A stretch of 64,000 bases of DNA from Camelus ferus (lineage: Eukaryota): assembly GCF_009834535.1 (NCBI RefSeq), contig NC_045697.1, positions 78,742,001 through 78,806,000 of the forward strand. The letters run 5' to 3'. This document shows positions 40,901 through 53,645 of this stretch, one piece after another. Position numbers and translations under genes: made by a program. Each line of letters begins with the position of its first letter. The first letter of the stretch is position 1. A model generated the notes under the pieces. That model searched no databases and was not told where the DNA came from. It was given only the letters and a program-made list of their open reading frames with translations.

Positions 40901-41945
40901 TGATATAATTATTCTCACTTTTAACAATGAACATTAAAAACTACTTGCCCATGTAAATATACATTTTTATTACTAGTTAGTAACCATTAAAACAACTTTG
41001 AAAGCTTGGTTTCAAAAAAAGTAATCTTTATTTCACTACTCTGTACAAACAGCTGCATAAAGAAATTTCAGGATTTTGTTTTTTCCCCACAAGTGTCCTC
41101 AAGATAAGTTCTGCTTTACCATCTATCAAGTAGTTCTTCTTGATTATTTTCATATTGTAGTACATAAAGAAAATGATCATATTTCTTTGAGCACAGGTTT
41201 AACAGAGAAAGCTGCCATCGGCTGGGAGTCCACCCTGTTTCCCCAGAGCTGAAAATATCAATTTCTCTTCACAGCTTTAAACCAAGGGCAACAGGGCTCT
41301 GTGCCACAGCACCTTGTGTGGAAAGTTCCACAGCATTGGATGTTTTTTTCTAATCTCAGGACAAGCGTGTCATGAATTTAGTTGTGAAAGTAGAGAGACT
41401 TTGGCTTTTTCTTGTTTCTGAAGAAATATAAGCAATAATAGAAGATAAAATACACTTCATTTTAAATAGTGAAGCAGTAATAAAAATAATTCTATGAATA
41501 ATTTAACAACTTAGAAAATATTTTCAAATATAAAAGAATCTTACGAAAAATATCATCCACAAAATATGTTTATAGAATAAGAGAATTATTTAACTGCCGC
41601 TCATATTATGTACATAGATGAGTCAGTATGAAAACAAACAATTGGGCTATGGTTTAAAGTCATATAAAAATTCCAAATATTTACAATTTTAAATACGTTA
41701 AAAGACTAGCTGAGGAAGAAGAGGTTTTACAGAGATTATGTCGATGGCAATTAAGTTATTCCTATGAAGCCACCTATGGTGTAGAATTTTGCCCAGGTCT
41801 TTGGCTTTTCCCATTTTCTCAAAGGTAAAAAGGGTACCAAATATTTTAGATCAAGAATTGTCTTGTCCAAGACTGACAACCCATATATGATATAGGCTTG
41901 AATAAATTATAAGCATTAAATGAAAAAAGATAAAAGGGTGAGAAG

Positions 41946-42815
41946 TAATTATCAGAGAAATGCAAATCAAAACTACAATGAGGTATCACCTCACACCAGT
42001 CAGAATGGCCATAATTTAAAGTTCATAAACAATAAATGCTGGAAAGGGTGTGGAGAAAAGGGAACCACCCTACACTGCTGGCAGGAATGTAGTTTGATGC
42101 AGCCATTATGGAAAACAGTATGTAGATTCCTCAAAAAACTGAAAATAGATTTACCATATGATCCAGCAATCACACTCCTGGGCATATAGCCAGAGGGAAC
42201 TCTAATTCAAAAAGATACATGCACCCCAATGTTCATAGCAGCACTGTTTATAATAGCCAAGACATGGAAACAACCTACATGCCATTGACAGATGACTGGA
42301 TAAAGTAGTTGTGGTATATTTATACAATGGAATACTACTTAACCATAAAAAAGAATAAAATAATGCCATTTGTAACAACATGGATGGACCTGGAGATCGT
42401 CATTCTAAGTGAAATAAGCCAGAAAGAGAAAGAAAAATACCATATGATATCACTCATATGTGGAATCTTAAAAAAAGAAAGAAAGAAAGAAAAAAAGACA
42501 CTAATGAACTCCTCTACAAAACAGGAACAGACTTGCAGACATAGTAAACAATCTTATGGTTACCGGGAGAAAAGGGGTGGGAAGGGATAAATCTGGAAGT
42601 TTGAGATTTGCAAATGTTAACAACTATATATAAAAATAGACAAAAAAAAAAACAAATTTCTTCTGTATAGCACAGGGAACTATATTCAATACCTTGTAAT
42701 AACCTTTAATGGAAAAGAATATGAAAATGAATATATGTATGTATATGCATGACTGAGACATTATGCTGTACACCAGAGATTGACACATTATAATTGACTA
42801 TACTTCAGTAAATAA
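41946..42815 (+). mobile_element. 5'-truncated LINE-1, camelid-type 3' UTR (ORF2 C-terminus + 3' UTR)
   Basis: ORF track shows the ORF2 CX3CX7HX4C motif ([18 protein letters not shown]) and the terminal LSEISQKEKEKYHMISLICGI. The 3' UTR has the G-rich tract and CTGTATAGCACAGGGAACTATATTCAAT. Confidence 0.95.
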
Positions 42816-43189
42816 GGGTTGCAAAGAGGGACCAAAATCATGATGCATTTAGAGTCTCTTAGCTCGTTAAACCAGATCACTATTGCCTAATGGATCAAAA
42901 GCATTACACTATTTGATTACTCTTCTTTTCAAAAATGACAATAGCTTCTCCTGAAATTCTATGGAGTCCACATTATGGTAGTTTTCCTGGACTGATTAGT
43001 TTTGTAGTTCTTGTTGTAGATGATCAATTGTTTTGTATCTTTACAAATTTTATTGTTTTGCATCTTTGCAAATCTAAATAAGAACATCAAATTGTAGAGA
43101 TATTTAATATGTTGTGAATTTTCTAGCACAAAATAAAATCCAACTAAAAGTCAAGGCAATTCAATAATTATATATATATTTTTTCATGT

Positions 43190-44250
43190 CCAGTGTCCAC
43201 TCCAGTAATATAAGGATGAAAAATGATTATTTGGTTTGGAAAACTGAAGTATGTAAGTGTTACCTTAGTAAAAAGAAGTTTCAATATGGTGGTTATGGGA
43301 AAAAAAATTCACATTTCAGAGAACTGAAAAATTAAAATAAGAAAGTGAAGACTTCTCTTTTGTAAAGGTTAGATGAAAAAGGAGAAGAAAAAAAAAGAGT
43401 AATAACTACAGGGGCCCCAGAGTTAAGGGAAATTTTACTAGACTGGAAGAGATTTGAGCATCCCTATAGAGGCTCATAAGAAGGTATCTTTACAAAGGGT
43501 GAGTTTGAAGTTTTCAGGGTTGGGGCTATGAAAAGTGGAGTAAGATCCAATGAAATGGGGAGATTATGGAATTAAAGGATGGGGTAATGGATACATCTCC
43601 TGACATTAGGGGAAAATTTTTAAGATTGGTCTGGATGTAAACAGCTTCTATAGATAAAGAAGGACAACTTATAGTGAGAGTTTGCAGCACAGTTGTGATG
43701 GGCACAATTTTCTCAATAAACCAACAGGTCATCAGCTGACAAGAGGAAAAGGCTGAACAGATCACATGAGAAATGTGACAAACATTTAAATTTTCATTGA
43801 AAAGATTGAGAAAAGATATTAAAATGGGGAGAATGTTACAATGACTGGTCAAATTGGGGGCCGTATTTTCGTGATTATCAATGTCCAAGTTTATGTGATT
43901 ATTGTTAGGTAGGCTCATCTGCCTGGATATGGGAGCAGAGAAAGTGAATTGTGGCAACAATCTAGGATTGGGATTTTGTAGGAAGTTGATGAATAGGCAT
44001 ACACAAGAATTAAGGATGTTGGTAAGAGACTAATTTGGGAAACCAGTCACAGAGTCCAGCCTGGGGGAAAGACAGACAGAAGAGAAGGAACCTATGGACT
44101 AAGGGGAGCCACATAAAACAAGAAAATGGGCACTATTCACACAAATAGTATAAAATTTTAAAAGTTGTGCAGCATGTGAGATGGCCCATGGAGAAGGCAA
44201 GGCTAAGGGCAAAATGCTGGGGAATGTTGGCATTCAAGGAATAGGAATTT
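43190..44250 (-). mobile_element. Decayed L2 internal fragment(s)
   Basis: TTACCTTAGTAAAAAGAAGTTTCAATATGGTGG...AAAGTGAAGAC...CTCTTT resembles reverse-strand L2 ORF; the purine-rich continuation is less certain. Confidence 0.45.
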
Positions 44251-45350
44251 TTTTTGTTCTAATTGGTGGTATTAGAAGAAAACATTTTGACTTTCAAAAT
44301 AGTTATAAAATATGAAGTTTGATGAATGCATCCAGAAATACCTTCCAAATTTTTTGCCATAGAGATTTTGAAACAGTTACATGGAAAATATGAGTGATCT
44401 CAAAATATTTTCCTTTCCAATTCAATAAATAAAACTATTTAGTCCCTGAATAAACTTTTAAGGGGACATAACTGAAGGAAGAAGTCACCATCAAAACATG
44501 TACTTGTGAAGTGATTTATTCTTTGACCAGAAGTGTTTTCAGAGCCTTCTTGGGAACGTCTTCTGAAATACAAAAATAAAAATGTGAGAATCTAACATCC
44601 AAATCCATCCCTGCACTCACCTTTGAAAAAGATTCATGATTTTACCAAGGCAGAATGAGATGAATCTGAAAAACTCCGGAGACTGGGCACCTCAGCAACT
44701 TGCAAGTTAGGGGCCAGCTCTGTTTGTTAATAATAACAAATGAGCAGGAAGTCAACAAGCTTTCCACAGGACGTATCTTTTAGCTTTTAAACCTCTGGAG
44801 GTGTGGCACACTCCAAAAGTACTATCTTTTATAATGATAACAATTCCAAAGGAAGAAAAATATTAGGATATCTTAACAATAAAAACTCAACCATGAAATT
44901 CCAACTATCCGTAATATGCAAAACTAAGCTTTAAAATCATGGATTCAGTTCAATCTGAGAAATATTCACTGAGAAAACACTGTATTTTAAATACAAAGAA
45001 AGTGTTGTGAGGTATATAGAGTTTTAAGAAAAGTAATATACTCTAACCACAATAAATTCAATAAACACAGGCTCTAACATACAACAAAACACAATAGAAA
45101 TAAATATCTCATAGAATAAATCATAAAAGAAGGGGACCTACTTAGGAAAACATACACATACACTGTGAGGAAATATTCTTTTTCTTCTTGCCAATATTCC
45201 CCAAAATGACTTGGCAGAGCAACAACATAACAGATATAAGAAGCTGAAATAATTCAATGCATATATATGAATTGATATATGAGTCTTAGCACTCTTGTAA
45301 AGGTACGTAATCAAAGCCATGTTCTCAAAGACCCAAGTAAAGAGAAAACC

Positions 45351-45388
45351 TGTGTGTGTATGTGTGTGGGTGTGCATGTGCATGTGTG
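45351..45388 (+). repeat. Imperfect (TG)n microsatellite
   Basis: Seen directly in the sequence. Confidence 0.85.
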
Positions 45389-45564
45389 ATCCCCCTTAGT
45401 GTCGTCCTCACTGGATTTTAAGGTTGATCACCATCATCATCAGAAACTACAGAAGCAGTATATAGTACAGAGATTAAGTTACACAAGCAATCATGATTCT
45501 TTTTTTCTACCTCTTTCTCTGTCACCATCCTATCTTAACAACACAAGCACACACACACACACAA

Positions 45565-45712
45565 TCACCATCTCCTGCTTTATCGTCCCTCATAGCACTT
45601 ACTAGTACCCGAAATGATCCATTAGGTTAGAGATCTAGTCTGTCTCATTTTCTGCTGGACCCTAGAACCTGAAACAGGACAGGCACACTAAACTAAGTGG
45701 ATGAATGAATGA
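45565..45712 (+). mobile_element. L2 LINE 3' end
   Basis: CATAGCACTTA...CCCTAGAACCTGAAACAG...GGCACA...GGATGAATGAATGAA tail. Confidence 0.65.
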
Positions 45713-46002
45713 AAACACCTAGCCCGGTGCTCCACAGAGACGATAACACACACATTTTGAACTTCAATTACTGCACTGCCACCCTTTACTTTTTTAACCC
45801 ATACTTCTATTTTCCTTTTGGTTCTACTTCTTCCTACAAGCAGGTTTGAAAACTTAGGATTTTCCAGAAGATATAGAAGAAAAAGGAATGATCAAATCAT
45901 AATTCAGATATGGAGACACAATTTGAGAGTCATATGCAGATACTTGACAAGTAGCTGCTTATGTGATTTTTTTTCACTTTTAAAAATATTTTTTCCAGGG
46001 CA

Positions 46003-46540
46003 TTTTTATTGTGGTAAAATATATATTACATAAAATATGCCATTTTAACCATTTTCAAATGTACATTCAGTGGTATTAAGTACATTCACATTGTTGTGCA
46101 ATCTTTACCACTATATATCGCCAGTACGTTTTTTATTATTACCAAACTGAAACTCTGTACCCATTAAATAATAACTCTCCATTTCTCCCCCTTGCCTTAG
46201 ACCTTGGTAACCACTCTCTCTGCCTCTATGAATTTGACTATTCTAGATATTTCATATAAATGGAATTGTATGATATTTGTCCATTGCATCTGACTTACTT
46301 CACTTAACAAAATGTTTTCAAGTTTAATTCATTTTGTAACATATATCAGAATTGTATTCCTTTCTAGGCTGAATGATATTCCATTGTATGTGCATGCTAC
46401 ATTTTGCTTATGGGCTGATAGTCATTTGGCTTGATTCTACCTTTTGACTATTGTGAATAATGCTGCTGTGAACACTGGTATACAAGTATCTATTTGAGCC
46501 CTGCTTTCAAGTCTTTTGGGAATACACCTAAAAGTAGATT
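46003..46540 (-). mobile_element. L1MB-like LINE-1 3' fragment
   Basis: TTTTTATTGTGGTAAAAT...CAGTGGTATTAAGTACATTCACATTGTTGTGCAA...AAACTGAAACTCTGTACCCATTAAA...GTGAATAATGCTGCTGTGAACA. Confidence 0.92.
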
Positions 46541-49500
46541 AAAAATTGTATATGTGTCAGTGATCTTACTTTTTACTCAAGTGAACTAGCAAAATATTGA
46601 AGTTGTTTGAGAAAAGAGAAATAATTTAGCTTGTGTTTTACCATTAGTATTCCCACTAGAGTTTGCAGACCTTAGAGAACTTACAAATCAAATTTCAAAA
46701 AATAAATAACAGTGAAATAACTTGTAAGTTAGTATAAGGTAATAAATCCCCAACTGAGACATTGGCAGCGGACTCTACAAATGCAGAAATGATGAAGAGA
46801 ATGATGAGAACTTTGTAGTGATGGTAAATTGATGGGAACACCATGGACCCACTTTGAAGGCCCTAGAAGATGTGGTAATGAGCAGGTACCTTACACTACA
46901 CTTTGACTCAGAGGGAGGGAACAATAAAGAAGTGGAACTGCCAGCTTCTGCTGATAAAGATCTAAGATCTCAGCTATTAGTTAAGTCATTCAAAGCTGAC
47001 ATACAAATGTTTTCATTACTTTTAATTTTTAATTTAAAAGTAATAAATACTATTTGCAAAAAATCCAATATTTTAGAGATTAGAAAGTTCCATAATCCCA
47101 CTCCTCAGGAGTAACCAAGGTTAATTATTGATTCTATTGGTTTAAATTTGATAGTTGAAGAAAGAGAATAAATGAGTTCACCAAAGAGAGATAAAAATGG
47201 ACCTAAAACAGAGTAAGTAGGGAAATATTAAAAAAAAAAAAAAAAGGATCCAGGAAAGGAGAGAAAGTAGTCAGAGTCATCATATGAGAATTTGGATAAT
47301 GACATACCAGGAAACTAAAGAAAATTAAAGAGATTTAAATAGGTGATACACATCTCAAATTAATGAGGACAGAATAAGTCAATTTGCTTTTAGCACAGTT
47401 TTTGATCTTTTCTGTGTGAAACTAGTACACATGTTATGGAACACGTATCTAACAAGTTTTGCTAAGTTCTGCCAAATTGAATAATATTAATAGTATTTGG
47501 GAAACAGTTCCATTAGGAGAAAAACAGATTTTTTTACTCTTCTCTTTGGCACACATTAGTACTTTTATGCTTTGTACAAAAGTGGAACTTTGTACAAGTA
47601 CAAATTACAATTTTGTGCTTGGTTATTCTTTTTTTTTATTTTTACTATAAGCACTAATCATTTTGTGGAGACAATTACATGCATTGACAGAAATATTACA
47701 ATCCTTTTACCCTTTAATTTGTTTCTGACCTGCTGAAAGACAAGAGTAGCTAAAAGTCTTTTCATCTACAAAAACATCTTAAGTATAAGGTGCCACATAT
47801 GCCACATTCAACAGATTGGACTGATGGAATCTGAGAAAACAACAATTTCTTCTGTTATTTTTTCTTTTTATTCTGAGTTTCTATATATGAAAACAATGAA
47901 GACTGGTTCAATGTGCTAAATATTTGCAGAGATAAAATGTCAGAGCCATGTAGACTCCAAAAAGGTTTTGAGTTACTCACGAATGAAAACACCACTGAAC
48001 AAGGAAAGGAAATGAGTAATGATGTAGAAAGAACAGCAGGCAAGAAGCTGCTGAAAGAGTGGTCTCTGCGGCCCTCCATCCATACTGAATCAGAACCCAT
48101 GGTAATACATATTTCTGAGGTATTTTTAGATACATATATACACATCTATTAAACTAACAATACGGTCATTATATGTATATATATATAATGCATATGTATA
48201 CATAGCCTAATATATATAGGCTTAACTGATCATAGGGAGTTTTTACTTTTTAGAAAAAGCAATAAAGAATGAGTCATGATTTGGCTTATTATTATTACTA
48301 CCTTACCGTTTCTTTAATATTCAAAATTAACATATTGTTTTCCATAGAGAACTCATCAAATGCACTGGGATATTTATTTCTTTTTAAAATGTACTCCTTC
48401 TAAGAAATACTGTCAGTGGTTTTCTTAGCTTGGTCATAACATGAGTCAAAATTCTCCTGTGGAAGTCATACCAGTAAGGAGGATCCACACTGTGTGATAG
48501 AACATGAGAAAAATCATACTGTATGTGTCCTCCACATGAAGGGTTTTAATTGCTGAAATCCAGAAGGAAGCTCTAATGGTAGAAAGATTAGGAACTGGTT
48601 CACATTTGATATAATAAAGCCTTGCCCTATAACTCTTCAAGCCCCCTGTGAACATCACTATTAAATGCTTTCATATAAGGCTGGCCCAGCCTGTCTTCTT
48701 TCACATACTCACACATACAGAGTTTAACTAATTTACAAGTGGACAGAATGAGGCTTTTCCAATCCCTCTTCCATGCAAATAGTTGGTGTATTTATACAAA
48801 TAAGGAAAGTCAGGATCCAGATAATCAGGAACCCTATTAAAAGAAGATATGACCAATCCAAAACTGTAAGGCTAATTAGCCAGTTTTTATTCTGTTTTAC
48901 TTAATAATTAAAGGTTGCACTAATGCTGCTCTTCTTTCTCTCTCTTAATTGTTTTTATTTTTAAAAAATCCATTTTCATCACCTATGTATTTTATTTGTT
49001 ATGCAGCCTCATTCCTAATTGCCAAGGGCAACTGAAGGTTAAGTATAGGTTGGAATTTTATATATACATAGTTAGTCCAATGAGAAAAAGGAGCCAGACA
49101 CCATTATCTCTATCCATACAACCCATCAGTAGGAATTCTTCATTAATTGTCAAAATTGAAAAAAGAGAAGTAACAGGGAAATTTTTTTTCTACCTTCAAG
49201 GCTTTACATTTAATGGCAAAATGTCTCACACTTGTAAGCAATTATACCATGTTTATAAATGTCATGTTTGTACTTAAAACAAAAATGTTTTAAGTACTTC
49301 CAGACGACTTGTTTTGCTAGCAAATTAAAATATTTATTTGAAAACCAGAAGCTGGACATTTCTAGAATGTCTTTTCCCTTTGCACGACTCTGAACCACAG
49401 AGGCAGCTCAGCTGGCTGAGAAAACAGCATTACTGGGCCTTTTGTGCACCAATCATTGTAGGTCATCTAAACACTGCTCAAGTAGCAGCTCAGAAATGCC

Positions 49501-49658
49501 CCAATTGAAGAGGGCTTGGGAGGTTAATTCTGTCATTACTGCGTTGACATGAGGCATGTTGCAGCCTTCAGCGCAAAATGTTACTCGTAATCTTTTAATC
49601 CCAAATTAGGTCAATATTTTATCAAGTTAATCTAGCATGAAGATTAATTGCATTAGTT

Positions 49659-49675
49659 ACACACACACACACACA
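49659..49675 (+). repeat. (CA)n microsatellite
   Basis: Seen directly in the sequence. Confidence 0.85.
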
Positions 49676-51532
49676 TGCAGGTTATTTGTTTTAGAGATAC
49701 TTTTAATCAAAGAGCAAACCCTTAGTTATAACAGGCAATTTTTTAAAATCATCCTTTCTCTAAAGTATTTATCTTTATAAAAGAGACATTTATTCTTTCC
49801 ATTGATCTTTACATCAAGACTGACATAAGAAAAAGAATAATGGTCTTATAATTACTAAAACAATGACCATTTAGAAAAGCTGTTTATAAGGAAATAATGA
49901 CTTCTGATTGAAATGTTTTTAATAAAGTATCTCATTCTTTAGCATTATTTCCATTTAATTCTACTTGTTTTCTTAAAATATGTGATTAATTCTGCAAAGA
50001 AAGTCAGTGGTTTTCTGTGTGTTTGCATGTTTGTATCTCTTGGCATGTATAAAATTTTGTAACAAAGAATATGAACTAGAGTGGTTTTCTATAAAATTTT
50101 TCAGTTATTTTCAGTTATGAAAATTGAGACCAGGCACATATTCCTTTTTTTTTCTTTCTTTCTTTTTTTTTAAATCTGAGAAGTAGAGTTTAGTGGGTAG
50201 AAAGGTGGAAATATATTGATCTAAGTGGCATAAATCTGCTAACAAAAGTCATTAGAGTGGACAAATGCCTTTCTCACCGAGTTTCTCAGATAAGAACTAT
50301 CTGGTAGTTTAAAATTCCCAGGCGTCATTCTGGGTAGTATTACAGGACCCCCTTGGTGGCAGGACAGAGTTCATGCCCTTTTTCATCAAATATCCAATGA
50401 CATTCTCCAAGGGTCATGCTAATTATAGGGATTTCACAGCCAATGTTCGAGAATATTGCATCTCAAAATTTTAGCTCTTGTCTTCAAATATTGGTTTTCT
50501 GGCATTCTTTTAGTGAAAAATGATAGGTAAAAGGATCCAGAAATATTTTCATATGACTAGCCTTTTGTATTAATTAACAGATGAGTATCAAATCTTTCAT
50601 GTGATGAATAAATCAACAGCAGCCTCAGTATCCAACACTTTTAAGAAGATATTTGACTGAATTTGGAAGTAAAGTTCAGAAAAATGAATGTCAACCTCGT
50701 AGTTATTATGAAGTTCAGACAAGCTATGCTGAAGAAACATGCCAAAGAATTCTTTATTCTTCCACTTACCACAATATTCTTCTCATAATAAATATTAATA
50801 AAAATTCACATTCAACTTGCTAAAAAAATCAGTCAAGTGCATGATAAACACAAAACGAAAAGAATTTTTTTCAGAAAAGATTACTAGTTAAAAAAAACCC
50901 AAATGAAATCAAAACTAATTTACGAGCCATGTTTCAATTTTTATTTTTTCTCTTCTCTTCTCAAATTTGAAAAATCTTACATGCCCCTCCCATCAATTCA
51001 AACAATAAGAGGTATAAAGAAAAGTTAACCTCTTCTTTCCATTCAATCTCACTCATCAGAAGCACCCAATGTTAAAAATTTACTATATAGCCTTCTCACT
51101 TCTTTCTGTATTAATTTAAACATAATTTGATAAGTATATACACATTCATTTATAGGCTTCTTTTAATTTCTAATTTAAAATATACAAGTATAAAAACAGA
51201 TTGTCTTCAAGTTTTAAAAATATTAAATATACACATTGTTTTTATCACAATATTCCGTATTTTTAAATTAACAACATTTATTATCAACCTTCCTCATCAA
51301 GACATAGATCTAACACATTTTTAATAACCCAATTAGAAACCGCCCAGCCCTGAAAAAAATGCTGCCTAAACTCTATTAAACTAATCACTTGTTTTCTTAC
51401 TGAGAACTTATGTGTACCTGTCACATAGGTTTGAGTGGTATTTAACAAATACAAGACAGGATTCCTTTCAATATACTTTAAAATATTTTACAAGAATAAA
51501 AAAGACAAAACAGAAACAACATCATTAATTCT

Positions 51533-51772
51533 GTGGTTTGGTGGTTAAGAATATGGATTCAGAAGTTGGCAGATCTGGTTAGGAACTAGGACTCCACTAT
51601 CTACCAGCAGGATAACCTCTGGAAAATGTCTTATCCTCACTATACCTCAGTTTCCTTATCTGTAAAGCAGGAAGAATAACAGTACGTTGGGAATGAATAA
51701 ATGAGATAAGGAAAGCAAAGCACTAATGCAGTGCTTGACATCTGATAAGTGTCTGATAAATTTCAGCTAATA
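51533..51772 (+). mobile_element. MIR SINE, near full length
   Basis: GTGGTTAAGAATATGGATTCAGA...CCTCAGTTTCCTTATCTGTAAAG...AAATGAGATAA...AAAGCAC...TAAGTG. Confidence 0.85.
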
Positions 51773-52269
51773 TGGCCGTCACCATTATTTAGCTGAACCA
51801 TAAGAAGGAGCTAAGTTGAGATAAAGGTGTGAGATCCAAAGGTGTGAACTGTAGTGTATAAACTGAAGACACCTGGGAAAGCTCCACAAAGATGAGCCCA
51901 CCCACTGGGCGCATACAATATTTCAGAGGATTAACTCCTCCTTGCCCACAAGTTTTATGATGGCTGTAAGGAGGGAGGGCTGAGAATGTGTGGGTCACTC
52001 AGGTGAGGAAGAGATGCAGGGGAAGGAGGCAGGGATACACAGGTCAGACTTTGTATAAACACACTGATAAGACTATTGATTTTTTATCACAGGTACATGA
52101 GATTTTAGAGCTAGAAGGAACTTCATGACTCTGCTAGTTTTATTTTGCCTGGAAGGGAATGGAGACCAGGAGAAGGACACATCCAAAGTCACCCAGCGGC
52201 ACTGGCCAAGCCAGAGTCAGAGTCTAGGCCTCCTTGTCTCCCAGTTTACCTCCTCCTGCTCAGTTCTGT

Positions 52270-52460
52270 CTGCCATATCAAGGGACTAATGTGATGACAG
52301 CCATGTTTTAAGAAGATTGATTTAGCAGCCATGTGTAGGTTGAACTGAATGAGAAAAGTCTGGGGAGACAGGGGTGAGGGAAGAGGCTACAGTAGTAATC
52401 CAATCATTAGGTGATGAGGCTTCAATGAGGAAAGTGGGAGTAGGATAGAAAAGAAAAAAA
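52270..52460 (-). mobile_element. L2 fragment
   Basis: ATGTTTTAAGAAGAT...AGAGGCTACAGTAGTAATCCA...AGGTGATGAGGC is a reverse-strand L2 3' region. Confidence 0.65.
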
Positions 52461-53023
52461 CAAATGCAAAATGATGCCAAAATCACAAGATGGAAATGTC
52501 AGTCGCTCTTCAGTATGGCTCAACCTTAAGTCACTAAACATCATCTTCTACAACTTCTTGTCATAACACAAAGCAGTAGCATCAGGAAATTAAGCAAAGC
52601 TTTCTATGACCCTTACTTTGCCACACGTTATCCATATTCCCACAGCTCACCACTATCCTTCACGCTAGAGACGGAGACTGGTTCATCTCCACTCCATCCA
52701 ACATCTCCAACTCCAAGTGGCATCTAAACGACTGGGACACTGTAAAACATGGTAACTGAAGAACTTTAATATCTACAGGATTTAATTTCAATTTTTTCCC
52801 TTTGAATAGGCATGCCAGTTCTATGTGTATTTGTAATAAGGAAGATGTCTTAAAGCCAATTATTTTTCTCCTACAGAAAGAGAAGTAACATTTTAACAGT
52901 TGATTCAAAATCATGGATGAGGTTGCAAAGGCATGGCTATTAATTCCAGATTAATGAACATATTAAAAAGAATTTACAGAAAGTTGGCATGTTTAGAATC
53001 AAGATAGTTTAAGAATCAAGCTC

Positions 53024-53645
53024 TGTGGTTGGCAAAATTCTAAGAAAAACCCTCCCCCAAGAACCTGCTCTCCCTAGTGTACACATGCCTTCTCCCAATT
53101 ACTGAAAAACTAATCTAGGCACTGCTATGAAGGGATTCTGCAAAAGTAATTAAGGTCCCAGATCAACTGAACTTAAAATAGGGAGATTATTTGGGTTGGC
53201 CTATGCTAATCACACGAGCCTTTAAAAAGTAGAAAGTTTTCTCTAGCTTCAGTTGCAGAAGAGGAGATCAGAGAGTTAAAGCACAAAAAGGATCTGAAGA
53301 ACCACTGATGGCTGGAAGATAAAGAGTGCATCAGACAGGGAATGCAGGCAGCCTCTCTGAGCTGAATGCACCCCAGTTGACAGACATCAAGGAAACGGGG
53401 ACCTCAATCCTATAGACATGAGGAAATAAATTCTTCTGACAGAGCTTGGAAGAAGATCTTGAGGCCCAAATGAGGAGCACAGCTACAGCCAACATTTGAT
53501 TTTGGCCTAGTGAGACCCTAAGCAAAGAATCCAAGAACTCCATGCCCAGGCATCCAAACTGTGTAATTGTGAGCTACTAAATGGATGTGATTTTAAGTTT
53601 GCTAAGTTGCTGGTGATGTGCTGCACTGCAATAGAATTCTATTAT
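53024..53645 (+). mobile_element. MLT1E-like solo LTR (ERVL-MaLR)
   Basis: TGTGGTTGGCAAAATTCTAAGA...CTAATCTAGGCACTGCTATGAAGGGATT...GTAATTAAGGTCCC...TTAAAATAGGGAGATTAT...TTTTAAG...GCAATAGAA. Confidence 0.88.

Noticed and set aside
41920..42590. ORFs 41920..42189 and 42309..42590 as genes
   Set aside because: They are broken L1 ORF2 C-terminal remnants. The Lys/Glu tail comes from reading past the usual ORF2 stop into a (GAAA)n run.
43526..43960. Longest ORF in the window (144 aa, minus)
   Set aside because: Non-ATG start, no recognisable domain, lies in probable L2-derived sequence; the length is compatible with chance.
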